NCBI GenBank assembly: GCA_965203325.1
Contig: OZ241875.1
Span: 512,001-576,000 of the forward strand
Direction of reading: 5' to 3'
Source: a bacterium
Lineage (GTDB): Bacteria; UBA8248
Length of the DNA: 64,000 nucleotides
Under the pieces are notes generated by a model that saw nothing but the letters and a program-made list of their open reading frames with translations, searched no databases and was not told where the DNA came from. Positions within the stretch are counted from its first letter, which is position 1. Each line of letters begins with the position of its first letter. Made by a program: the position numbers and the translations under genes. This document shows, in pieces, positions 19,334 to 28,770 of the stretch.

Positions 19334-20155
19334 ATGGAAACCCAGGACTGGTATTCCGTCAACAATTTCGCACCGGGCAGCTATCAAATCACCGAGGGCG
19401 GCAGGTTCAACATGCTCCTCCTCGAAGGAGACGAGAAGGCGGTCGCCATCGACGGCGGCATCGGGGTCGCGAATTTGCGGAAACTCTACGAGAGCATCAC
19501 GGACAAGCCCATCGACTTCGTCCTCACCCACACGCACTGGGACCACCTGGGCGCGGCATCGCAGTGGGACAGCGTAGGCGTGCACCCCGTCGGCAAGGAC
19601 CTTCTGGCGAATGATTTCTCGAAACTCGAGCAGGCCTTCGTGAACATGTGGAAGAACAACGGGAACACCTTCCCCGACTGGTTCGACGAGGAGGCCTACG
19701 GCATCAAGCCCGCCACGTTCGGCTGGACGCTCGAAGAGGGCGACACCTTCGACTTGGGGAACAGGAAGTTCCACGTCTACGAGACGCCCGGCCATTCGCC
19801 CTGCAGCATCTCGCTCTATGACGAGCGCGAGAAGATTCTCGTCTCGGGCGACCTGATCCGCTGCGAGGAATACCTCTTCCTGCAGGTGCCCACGGCGGTG
19901 CTCTCCGACTATGCGCCCTCGCTGCGCAAGCTCGAGAAGGTCGCCGCAGAGAACGAGGTGCGCTGGATCACCTCGGGCCACACCGACCCCTACCCGGACC
20001 CCTCCATCATCGGTGAGCTGGCGCAGAACATGGAGGAACTCGAGGCCGGCGCGCACGATCCGCCCGCCAAGGTGGACGGCGGCGCGTGGGGCGAAGTGGA
20101 CGAGTACGTGTTCCCCCGCGTCAAGGTGTGGATTCAGGATCACGCGAGAAAGTAA
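19334..20155 (+). CDS. MBL-fold metallo-hydrolase (paralogue 1)
   Basis: THTHWDH, TPGHS, SGD, SGH motifs. Confidence 0.9.
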   Translation: METQDWYSVNNFAPGSYQITEGGRFNMLLLEGDEKAVAIDGGIGVANLRKLYESITDKPIDFVLTHTHWDHLGAASQWDSVGVHPVGKDLLANDFSKLEQAFVNMWKNNGNTFPDWFDEEAYGIKPATFGWTLEEGDTFDLGNRKFHVYETPGHSPCSISLYDEREKILVSGDLIRCEEYLFLQVPTAVLSDYAPSLRKLEKVAAENEVRWITSGHTDPYPDPSIIGELAQNMEELEAGAHDPPAKVDGGAWGEVDEYVFPRVKVWIQDHARK

Positions 20156-20170
20156 TCCGGGAAAAACGCC

Positions 20171-20986
20171 ATGGACACGCAAGACTGGTATGAGGTCATC
20201 GAGTTCGCACCGGGCACCTATCAGATATCGGAAGCCGGGCGGTGGAACATGTTCCTCCTCGTGGGCGAGGAGAAGGCCCTCTCGCTCGACGGCGGGATCG
20301 GTGTGGGCAGCGTGCGCAGGTTGTGTGAGTCGATAACCGACCTGCCCGTGGAACACGTCCTGACCCACACGCACTGGGATCACGTGGGCGCGATCCACGA
20401 ATGGGAGTCGGTGGGCGTTCATCCCAACGGAAAAGACAAGCTGGCGAACGACTACTCGGCGGGCTGCCGTGATTTCGTCCAGACTTGGGACGGAATACCC
20501 TTTCCCGAGGGGTTTGAGCCTGAGACCTTCACCATACCGCCCGGAAAGTTCGGCTGGGCGGTGCAGGAAGGCGACGTCATCGACCTCGGCGGCAGGAAAA
20601 TCCACGTATACGACACGCCGGGGCATTCGCCGTGCAGCATCTCGCTCTATGACGAGAAAGAGCGCGTCCTGATCTCGGGCGATCTGGTGAAGCCCGGCCA
20701 GCCGCTCTTCATCCAGGTGCCCACGGCCGTCCTGTCCGAATACGGGTCCTCGATGCGCAGGCTCCAGAGGATCGCAGAAGATAACGACGCCCGGTTCGTC
20801 TGCTCGGGCCATACCGACCCGTGCGAGGACATCGCCGTCATCGGGCGGATGGCGCAGTTCGTGGAGGAGGTGGCCGCAGGCGCGCATGAGCCGCCCGCCA
20901 AGGTGGAAGCCGGGAAATGGGGCGTGGTCGATGAATACGCCTCCGGCGACATGAAGGTCTGGACGAACGACAACGCGAGAAAATAG
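20171..20986 (+). CDS. MBL-fold metallo-hydrolase (paralogue 2)
   Basis: Same motifs; colinear with the upstream gene. Confidence 0.9.
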   Translation: MDTQDWYEVIEFAPGTYQISEAGRWNMFLLVGEEKALSLDGGIGVGSVRRLCESITDLPVEHVLTHTHWDHVGAIHEWESVGVHPNGKDKLANDYSAGCRDFVQTWDGIPFPEGFEPETFTIPPGKFGWAVQEGDVIDLGGRKIHVYDTPGHSPCSISLYDEKERVLISGDLVKPGQPLFIQVPTAVLSEYGSSMRRLQRIAEDNDARFVCSGHTDPCEDIAVIGRMAQFVEEVAAGAHEPPAKVEAGKWGVVDEYASGDMKVWTNDNARK

Positions 20987-20996
20987 CGGAGGATAT

Positions 20997-22949
20997 TTGC
21001 AAGTGAACGCTTCTGACATCATTTGGCGGCCGGATGAGGATTTTCTGACGAACAGCCATGTCGCCAGGCTGATGAAAAAGATCGGCATCTCCGATTACCG
21101 CGAATTCCTCAAGTGGTCTATCGAGGACATCCGGCGCTTCTGGGAGGTCGTTTTAGATGACATGGGGCTTGCATGGTACCGGCCCTACGACGAATTGCTC
21201 GACCTGAGCGGCGGCTTCCCGTGGGCGAAGTGGTTCATCGGCGGCGAGACGAACCTCGTCCTGAACTGCATCGACCGCCACGTAGAGGGCGGGCGCCGCG
21301 ATCAGACCGCCCTCGTATGGGAGAGCGACGGGGGCGAGGTGCGGAAGTTCACCTACGCCGAATTCTCGGCGGAAGTGTCGCGTCTTGCGAACGCCATGCG
21401 CGGGATGGGTCTCAAGCCGGGCGACGTGGCGGGCGTGTTCCTCCCCATGGTGCCAGAAGCCGCCATCGTCATGTACGCGTGCTTCAAGACGGGGGTGGCC
21501 GTGCTGCCCGTCTTCTCGGGCTTCGGCCCCGAGGGTCTGGCAGAGCGCCTCATCCACGCGGAAGCACGCATCCTCTTCACAGTGGACGGCGCCGTCCGCA
21601 GGGGCAAGAAGGTGCCGCTCAAGGGCACGGCGGACGCGGCTTTAGAGCGCGGCACGAAGGTGGAAAAGGTGGTCGTCCTCACGCGCTCGGGCGATGAAGT
21701 TCCCATGAAGGCAGGGCGCGACGTCACCTGGGATGATTTCGTAGCGGGGCAATCGACGGAAGCCGAGACGGAGCGCCTCCCCGCCGACGCCGTCTCGATG
21801 ATCATGTACACCTCGGGCACGACCGGAAAGCCCAAGGGCACCGTCTACACCCACGCGGGGCTGATGAGCGGCCCGGGGCGCGAACTCAAGTATTGCCTCG
21901 ACATGCGCGACGGCGATACGGTCTTCTGGGTGACGGACTTCGGCTGGGTCATGGCGCCTTACGAACTCGTGGGCTCTCACTTCAACGGCCACGCTTGCCA
22001 GCTCTATGAGAGCGTGCCGAACCACCCGGCGCCCGATCGCTTATGGCAAATCATCGCGAGGAACGGGGTCACCCACCTGGGGCTGTCCCCCACGGCGGTG
22101 CGCGTACTGATCAGCGCGGGCGATGAGTGGGTGGAGAAACACGATCTCTCCTGCCTGCGCGTGCTCGCCTCCACCGGCGAACCCTGGGACCCGGAATCCT
22201 ACATGTGGTATTTCGAAAAGGTGGGCGGCGGCAGGTGCCCCATCATGAACATATCGGGCGGCACCGAGATCGGCGCCTGCCTCCTGCAACCCCTGCCCGT
22301 CATGGACCTCTCCCCCTGCACGCTGGGCGCGCCCGCCATGGGCACTGACGCCGACGTGTTCGGCGAGGACGCCAGGCCGATCCGCGGCGAGGTGGGCCAC
22401 CTCGTGCTCAAACAGCCCATCCCCTCCCTCACCAACGGTTTCTGGAAGGAGCCGGACCGCTACCTCGAGACCTATTTCTCGCGCTGGGAGGGCGTGTGGT
22501 ACCACGGCGACTGGGCCAAGGTGGACGAGCAGGGGCTCTGGTATCTCTACGGGCGCTCGGACGACACCATCAAGGTATCGGGCAAGCGCGTGGGGCCGAA
22601 CGAAATCGAGTCCGAACTCATCAAGCACCCCGGCGTCATCGAGGCCGCCGTCGTGGGCACGCCCCACCCGGTGAAGGGGGAAGGCCTCACCTGCTTCGTC
22701 GTCATGCACGAAACTTATGAGCCTACCGACGCCCTGCGCGAGGAGCTGAAAGATCAGGCGGTGGAGTATCTCGGAAAGAGCCTGCGGCCCGATGAGGTCC
22801 GCTTCGTCAAGGCCCTGCCCAAGACGCGCTCGGCGAAAATCGTGCGGGGCGCCATCAAGAAGGTCTACCTGGGCGAACAGGTGGACCACATGGACCTGAA
22901 CTCGCTCGAAAACCCCGCGCACCTCGACGCCATCCGGGAAGCGGTGTGA
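20997..22949 (+). CDS. Acetyl-CoA synthetase-like acyl-CoA ligase (paralogue 1)
   Basis: YTSGTTGKPKG, STGEPW, SGGTE, GRSDD, PKTRSAK; start TTG 20997 or GTG 21003. Confidence 0.9.
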   Translation: MQVNASDIIWRPDEDFLTNSHVARLMKKIGISDYREFLKWSIEDIRRFWEVVLDDMGLAWYRPYDELLDLSGGFPWAKWFIGGETNLVLNCIDRHVEGGRRDQTALVWESDGGEVRKFTYAEFSAEVSRLANAMRGMGLKPGDVAGVFLPMVPEAAIVMYACFKTGVAVLPVFSGFGPEGLAERLIHAEARILFTVDGAVRRGKKVPLKGTADAALERGTKVEKVVVLTRSGDEVPMKAGRDVTWDDFVAGQSTEAETERLPADAVSMIMYTSGTTGKPKGTVYTHAGLMSGPGRELKYCLDMRDGDTVFWVTDFGWVMAPYELVGSHFNGHACQLYESVPNHPAPDRLWQIIARNGVTHLGLSPTAVRVLISAGDEWVEKHDLSCLRVLASTGEPWDPESYMWYFEKVGGGRCPIMNISGGTEIGACLLQPLPVMDLSPCTLGAPAMGTDADVFGEDARPIRGEVGHLVLKQPIPSLTNGFWKEPDRYLETYFSRWEGVWYHGDWAKVDEQGLWYLYGRSDDTIKVSGKRVGPNEIESELIKHPGVIEAAVVGTPHPVKGEGLTCFVVMHETYEPTDALREELKDQAVEYLGKSLRPDEVRFVKALPKTRSAKIVRGAIKKVYLGEQVDHMDLNSLENPAHLDAIREAV

Positions 22950-22986
22950 GGAAAGGGACAATAGACATCCCTAAGGAGACGGTTCA

Positions 22987-23847
22987 GTGCAATACGTGAA
23001 ACCAGAAAGAATTTGGCTGAAGAATCCTCATACCGAACTGAACGAAAAATGGGTGCAGGATAGAATCTCCGAAGACCCATCCATATTAGGGCTGGGCGAT
23101 CTTGTTTTGATGGATACGGAGCGAAAACAGCCCAGTGCAGGCCGTTTAGACCTACTGCTTCAAGATTCGAAAACAGACCACAGATACGAAGTCGAAATCC
23201 AGCTTGGGGCAACCGACGAATCGCACATCATCCGCACCATCGAGTATTGGGACATTGAGCGGAAGCGTTATCCGCAATACGAGCATTCCGCGGTTCTGGT
23301 CGCTGAGGACGTCACTAGTCGTTTCTTGAATGTCGTTTCACTGTTCAACGGCGCGATTCCCCTGATCGCGATTCAGTTTCAAGCCTTGAAGATCGGCGAT
23401 TACATTTCATTGGTTTTTACTACTGTAATGGATGTACTAGTGCGAGGAGACGAGGACGAAGAACCTCAAACACCCGCAGATCGTACATATTGGGAGCAGC
23501 GAGGTTCTAAAGCCACTGTTTCACTTGCCGATCAACTAATAGGAATGATTAGAGGGTTCGCTCCAGATGTGGAACCAAAATACAACAAGTATTACATTGG
23601 CCTCTCCCAAAATGGTCGAGTAAACAACTTTATTGCCCTCATCCCCCAGAAAAATCGCCTCCGCCTCAGGATTTTCTGGGAGAGAACACAAGAAACCGAC
23701 GAACGACTCGAACAACAAACAGATATTGCCTTTGCATATAACAGACACAGACGTGCTTATGATATTGATCTCAATAAGGACGATATCGAAAAACGAGGCG
23801 ATGCATTAAAAGAACTCATACACCTGGCTTATAAGCGCAAAACGTAA
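22987..23847 (+). CDS. NucS-like PD-(D/E)xK protein with DUF5655-like C-terminus
   Basis: GRLDLLLQD...YEVEIQLGATDESHIIRTIEYWD; KYNKYYIG; visibly lower GC than flanks. Confidence 0.7.
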   Translation: MQYVKPERIWLKNPHTELNEKWVQDRISEDPSILGLGDLVLMDTERKQPSAGRLDLLLQDSKTDHRYEVEIQLGATDESHIIRTIEYWDIERKRYPQYEHSAVLVAEDVTSRFLNVVSLFNGAIPLIAIQFQALKIGDYISLVFTTVMDVLVRGDEDEEPQTPADRTYWEQRGSKATVSLADQLIGMIRGFAPDVEPKYNKYYIGLSQNGRVNNFIALIPQKNRLRLRIFWERTQETDERLEQQTDIAFAYNRHRRAYDIDLNKDDIEKRGDALKELIHLAYKRKT

Positions 23848-23867
23848 TAACCACCCGAGGAAAAGCC

Positions 23868-25814
23868 GTGAGCAATTCCGAAATCATCTGGCGGCCGAAC
23901 GAGGATTTTCTGGAAAACTCGAACGTCGCCCGCTTCATGAAGAGACAGGGTCTCGCGAGCTATGAGGCGCTGATCGATTTCTTCCGGGAAGACGTCGGCC
24001 GCTTCTGGTCGGCCATCGAAAAGGACATGGGCGTCTCCTGGTACAGGCCGTATGACGAGATCATGGACGCATCGGGCGGCCTGCCCTGGACGAAGTGGTT
24101 CCTGGGAGGCGAGCTAAACATCGTCCACAACTGCATCGACAGGCACTTGGAAACCTCCAGGCGCGACAGGACGGCCCTCATCTGGGAGGGGGACGGCGGC
24201 GAGGTGCGCCGCTACACCTACGCCGAGATGAACGCCCACGTCTGCCGCCTGGCGAACGCCATGCGCGGGATGGGGATGCGGCCCGGCGACAGCGCCGGCA
24301 TCTTCATGCCCATGCTGCCCGAGACGGTCTTCGCCATGTTCGCGTGCCTCAAGATCGGCGTCGTCGCGATCCCCATCTTCTCGGGCTTCGGCCCCGAAGC
24401 CGTCGCCGAGCGTCTCGAGCACGCCGACGCGCGGCTCGTCTTCACGTCGAACGGCGGGATGCGCCGGGGCAAGGAAATCGGCGTGAAGGCCCTGATGGAC
24501 AAGGCCCTGACCCTCGGAACCCGGGTCGAGAAGGTCGTAGTCTTCAGAAGAACCGAATCGGACGTCCCCATGCAGGCCGGACGGGACGTCGATTGGGACG
24601 ATTTCATCGACGGCCACCCCGAAGAAGCCGAGACCGAGCGCCTGCCCGCCGAGGCCCTCTCCCTCATCATCTACACCTCGGGCACGACGGGAAAGCCGAA
24701 AGGCTCGGTGCACACCCACGCGGGCTGCATGCTCAACGTGGCCAAGGAGATACGCTACTGCATGGATTTGCGCGATTCGGACACCCTCTTCTGGGTGACG
24801 GACATCGGCTGGATGATGGGTCCCTGGAAGATGATAGGCGTCCAGTTCGGGGGCGGCACGTATCTGATTTACGAGGGCGCGCCCAACTGGCCCGAACCCG
24901 ACAGGCTCTGGAAGATGCTGAGCGATCATAAGGTCTCCATCTTCGGGGTCTCGCCCACCGCCGTGCGGCTGCTCATCAGCGCGGGCGACGAGTGGGTGGA
25001 AAAACACGACCTCTCCTCCCTGCGCGTGCTGGGCTCCACGGGCGAGCCCTGGGACCCCGAATCCTATATGTGGTATTTCGAAAAGGTGGGCGGCGGGCGG
25101 TGCCCCGTCATGAACATATCGGGCGGCACCGAGCTTTGCGGCTGCATCCTCCAGCCCTACCCCATCGTTCCGCTCACGCCGTGCTCCCTGGGCGGCCCGG
25201 CTTTGGGTTCGGACGCCGACGTGTTCAACGAGGAGGGGCAGCCCGTGCGCGGGGAGATCGGCCACCTCGTGCTCAAACAACCCGTCCCCTCGATGACCAA
25301 GGGTTTCCTGAAAGACGATGCGCGCTTCCTGGAAACCTATTTCTCGCGCTGGCCGGACGTCTGGTACCACGGCGACTGGGCGCGCCTGGACGAAGACGGG
25401 CAGTGGTATCTCTTCGGGCGGTCTGACGACACCATCAACGTCGCGGGCAAGCGCGTGGGGCCCGCCGAGGTGGAGGCCGCCCTCATCCGGCACCCCGCCG
25501 TGGTGGAGGCCGCCGTCATCGGCGCGCCGCACCCCATCAAGGGCGAGGGTCTTTGCTGTTTCGTGGTGCTGGTCGGGGGCCATGCGCCGAGCGACGCGCT
25601 CCGCGACGACCTCAAGGAAGAGACCGTGAAATATCTGGGAAAAAGCCTGCGCCCCGATGAGGTCAAGTTCGTCGAGGCGCTGCCCAAGACGCGCTCGGCC
25701 AAGATCGTGCGCGCCGCCATCAAGAAGGTCTATATGGGCGAGGACCCGGCGAACATCGACACCTCCTCCATCGAGGCGCCGGAGTTTTTACGCGCCATCA
25801 CAGAGGCGCGATGA
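23868..25814 (+). CDS. Acetyl-CoA synthetase-like acyl-CoA ligase (paralogue 2)
   Basis: Same AMP-binding motifs; colinear with 20997-22949. Confidence 0.9.
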   Translation: MSNSEIIWRPNEDFLENSNVARFMKRQGLASYEALIDFFREDVGRFWSAIEKDMGVSWYRPYDEIMDASGGLPWTKWFLGGELNIVHNCIDRHLETSRRDRTALIWEGDGGEVRRYTYAEMNAHVCRLANAMRGMGMRPGDSAGIFMPMLPETVFAMFACLKIGVVAIPIFSGFGPEAVAERLEHADARLVFTSNGGMRRGKEIGVKALMDKALTLGTRVEKVVVFRRTESDVPMQAGRDVDWDDFIDGHPEEAETERLPAEALSLIIYTSGTTGKPKGSVHTHAGCMLNVAKEIRYCMDLRDSDTLFWVTDIGWMMGPWKMIGVQFGGGTYLIYEGAPNWPEPDRLWKMLSDHKVSIFGVSPTAVRLLISAGDEWVEKHDLSSLRVLGSTGEPWDPESYMWYFEKVGGGRCPVMNISGGTELCGCILQPYPIVPLTPCSLGGPALGSDADVFNEEGQPVRGEIGHLVLKQPVPSMTKGFLKDDARFLETYFSRWPDVWYHGDWARLDEDGQWYLFGRSDDTINVAGKRVGPAEVEAALIRHPAVVEAAVIGAPHPIKGEGLCCFVVLVGGHAPSDALRDDLKEETVKYLGKSLRPDEVKFVEALPKTRSAKIVRAAIKKVYMGEDPANIDTSSIEAPEFLRAITEAR

Positions 25815-25815
25815 G

Positions 25816-26073
25816 GTGTCGCTCCTCAACTGCCCTGAATGCGGGGGGCTCCTGAGCACCGAAGCCAGGACATGCCCGCACTGCGGCTATCCCTTGCGAA
25901 AAGGCGGAATCGGGAGCGTCTTCCAAGCCATCGCCCAGATACCGTGCTTCGTCGCCGGCCTGGTCCTCATCTTCATCGCGCTCTTCTTCGGCTTGGTGCT
26001 CCTCGACGTCTACTACTTCCACGGCCTGATCCCCAGATTGTTCGGGATCGAGGGCGGCGTCACCACGTTCTAG
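25816..26073 (+). CDS. Zinc-ribbon membrane protein (85 aa)
   Basis: GTG start just after the upstream stop; CPECG...CPHCG followed by a TM helix. Confidence 0.7.
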   Translation: MSLLNCPECGGLLSTEARTCPHCGYPLRKGGIGSVFQAIAQIPCFVAGLVLIFIALFFGLVLLDVYYFHGLIPRLFGIEGGVTTF

Positions 26074-26091
26074 GGCGGCCGCCGTATGACG

Positions 26092-26280
26092 CCTCATCCC
26101 GAGTAGGCGCGCTTGCGCGCCGTATCGAGGGACGGAGGCGCACCCTTCGATACGCCGCCTTCGGCGGCTACTCAGGGTGAGGGATGTGGGGGCCCTGAGC
26201 TTGTCCAGGGGCCGCTGCGCAGCGCGTGGTCGATTTCGTCGGCGGATAAAAATGGATTCCGGCTTTCGCCGGAATGACGG
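26092..26280. repeat. Cluster of REP-like elements (family C inverted pair and others)
   Basis: CCTCATCCCGAGTAG...TATCGAGGG / CCCTTCGATA...CTACTCAGGGTGAGG; CCCTGAGCTTGTCCAGGG; TGGATTCCGGCTTTCGCCGGAATGAC. Confidence 0.75.
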
Positions 26281-26326
26281 GCAAAAGCGTGTTCGGATCG
26301 CCCTGATTGCCCTCCTCACCCTGAAA

Positions 26327-26560
26327 ATCAACCCCCCCTACCCCCCCCTTGACAGGGGTCAAAACCGACCGAAGAGGGAGGTTTTGCAAGACGATGTATT
26401 TCTCGTCAATGGCTCATGCAAACGCTCGTTCATCACTCGCGTTTGACCCCTGACAAGGGGGGGGGTAGGGGGGGTTGCCTTTATCCCCTGACAAGGGGGC
26501 TTGGGGGTCGAATGCGACCGGGGAGGGAGCGTTCGCCAACAACCGCGCAAACCAACCCCC
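26327..26560. repeat. Palindromic mosaic element (family A arms, A2 core reversed)
   Basis: Closely matches the reverse complement of 18000-18180. Confidence 0.88.
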
Positions 26561-26563
26561 GCC

Positions 26564-27865
26564 TCAGTTCATCACCATGCGCGGGAGCCAGAGCACGAGT
26601 TCGGGGAAGACGATCGTCAGGGCGACGACGATGAGCGAGAGCAGAATGTAGGGGATCGCCAGGACGGCCAGCCGCTCGAAGGGCAGTTCCGTGACCGGGA
26701 TGAGTGCGTAGAGCACCATGCCGACGGGCGGCGTCAGCAGGCCGATCGTGAGAGCGACCGTCATGACCACCCCGAAATGGATGGGGTCGATGCCGAATTT
26801 CTCCGCCGTGGGCAGCAGAATCGGCGTCAGGATCAGGATGGCGGGCGTCTCCGCCATGAAGCAGCCGACGATCATCCACAATATCGTGAACAGGAACAGC
26901 AGCACCGTCGGGTCGCTGGATATCTGCGTGATCAGGGCGGCCAGGGCGTCGGGCACCTGCCCGCGGATCATCACGACGCCGAACGCCGAGGTGAAGGCGA
27001 TGACCAGCATGATGACGGCCGTGTCGATCATCGTGCCCTTGATCTCGCGCATCAGGTGACGCCAGCCGTATTCCCTGTAGAAGAGAAGCCCCAGCACCAT
27101 CGCGTAGAACGCCGCGACGGCGGCCGCCTCGGTCGGGGTGAAGATGCCCCCGTAAATGCCGCCGATGATGATGACGGGCGTCATCAGCGGCAGGAAGGCG
27201 TTCCGGAAGGAGACGAGGAGTTCGCGGATTCCCGCCATGGACCCCGAGGGATAATTGCCCCTGCGGGCGCGGTAGCTCACGTAGATGATGAAGGCGATGG
27301 CCATCAGCGTGCCGGGGATGACGCCGCCCAGGAACAGCGAGCCGATGGATTCCTCCGCGATGACGCCGTAGGCCACGAGCGGGATGCTCGGCGGGATGAT
27401 GGGGCCGATGAGGGAAGACGCCGCCGTGATGCCTGAGCTGAATTCGCGGTCGTAGCCCTCCTGCAGCATGGCGCGCATCTCCACCGTGCCGAGCCCCACG
27501 GCGTCCGCCGTCGCAGCACCCGACATGCCCGCGAAGATCATGCTCGCCAGCACGTTCGCGTGCCCGAGGCCCCCCTTCAGGGGACGCGACACGACGCTCA
27601 CGAAGCCGAAGAGCCGCTCGGTGATTCCGCCCACGTTCATGAGCCGGCCCGTGAGGAGGAAGAACGGGATGGCCAGCAGGAGAAAGTTGTTGATCTTGGC
27701 GAACGCGAGGCGGGCGATCATCGAAGAGGTGCGCGGGTCCAGGAAATCGCCGAAGAAATAGCCCGCCCCTATCATGGAGACGGTGCCCGCGCCGAAACCC
27801 ACCGGAAAGCCCAGCATGATCAGGACCACGAGAGCGAATGCCAGAAAGGCGTAGGCGGCCATCAC
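26564..27865 (-). CDS. dctM: TRAP transporter large permease
   Basis: LLAIPFF, FAGMSG, GPIIPPS, FTPTEA, GLLTPPVG motifs. Confidence 0.93.
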   Translation of the reverse strand: MMAAYAFLAFALVVLIMLGFPVGFGAGTVSMIGAGYFFGDFLDPRTSSMIARLAFAKINNFLLLAIPFFLLTGRLMNVGGITERLFGFVSVVSRPLKGGLGHANVLASMIFAGMSGAATADAVGLGTVEMRAMLQEGYDREFSSGITAASSLIGPIIPPSIPLVAYGVIAEESIGSLFLGGVIPGTLMAIAFIIYVSYRARRGNYPSGSMAGIRELLVSFRNAFLPLMTPVIIIGGIYGGIFTPTEAAAVAAFYAMVLGLLFYREYGWRHLMREIKGTMIDTAVIMLVIAFTSAFGVVMIRGQVPDALAALITQISSDPTVLLFLFTILWMIVGCFMAETPAILILTPILLPTAEKFGIDPIHFGVVMTVALTIGLLTPPVGMVLYALIPVTELPFERLAVLAIPYILLSLIVVALTIVFPELVLWLPRMVMN

Positions 27866-28377
27866 TCGGCGCTCTTTTCAGCGTCGCCGGAACCAGACAG
27901 AAAAGCCTGAAAGCTCTCTACGAATCCGTAGAGAACGTACAGGATGGTCAGCACGATGGCGACGCATTCGATGAAGTAGAGATATCCGGTGCGCAGCCAG
28001 GAGATGGCTATCATGTAGGATTCCCAGGTGACGGAAACCATCGCCGCAGCGCCCCGCAGCAGAAAGATCAGGAAAACGAGGATGACGGCGCTGAACAGCA
28101 TCCCGACCAGCGCGCGGAGGCGCGGCGGAAGGCGGTTCAGGAGAAAATCCACGACGATGTGGCGTTTTTCGGCGACGGCGATGGCGATACCCAGAAAAAC
28201 GCTCGTGATGAAGAGGATTCTCGCCAACTCTTCAGTCCAGTCGACCGATATGGCGAGCTTTCGGAAGAGAATCTGCGCCCATGTCGAGAGGAGCATGCCG
28301 CAAAAACCGACGAGGGCGACGCCCGTGACGAGATAGGTCACGTTCCGCAGCAATGCCCTGGGCGACCTGGAAGTCAC
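27862..28377 (-). CDS. dctQ: TRAP transporter small permease
   Basis: WTEELAR and HIVVD motifs, four TM segments; start taken as GTG 28377 (longer ORF runs into a repeat). Confidence 0.88.
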   Translation of the reverse strand: MTSRSPRALLRNVTYLVTGVALVGFCGMLLSTWAQILFRKLAISVDWTEELARILFITSVFLGIAIAVAEKRHIVVDFLLNRLPPRLRALVGMLFSAVILVFLIFLLRGAAAMVSVTWESYMIAISWLRTGYLYFIECVAIVLTILYVLYGFVESFQAFLSGSGDAEKSAE

Positions 28378-28456
28378 GAACCCCGAACCCCCCGCATGGA
28401 TAGAATGAGGAGAAAGCCCTCGAGAACCCCCCGGCGCCCCGCGAAACCACTCACCA

Positions 28457-28660
28457 GAGGGCTGTTGAAAAATCCCCGAGGAGAGAGGAGCCACTCCCCC
28501 CTTGAGGGGGAGTCGAAGAGGCCGAGCCTTGGCGAAGGCCGATTCGGTGGGGGGACATGCCACAGAAAAAAACTCCCCCCACCGGTTCGGTTTCGGGCAA
28601 AATCCCCCTCCCCTCACCGACTCCCCCTCAAGGGGGGAGTGGATGTTGAGCGCTCTTCAA
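28457..28660. repeat. Palindromic element family B between dctP and dctQ
   Basis: CACTCCCCCCTTGAGGGGGAGTCG (28492) ... CGACTCCCCCTCAAGGGGGGAGTG (28641); inner CGGTGGGGGG/CCCCCCACCG stem; GAGGGCTGTTGAAAAA left end. Confidence 0.85.
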
Positions 28661-28770
28661 AGGGGAAAGTTTCGCCTCCTCCCTCCCCGGTTGACTCCAT
28701 ACACACAATCACGAAATCAGTACATTCTCAAAACCCCACGAGTTGCCGGAGGAATTGAGCGGAAAAGCGG

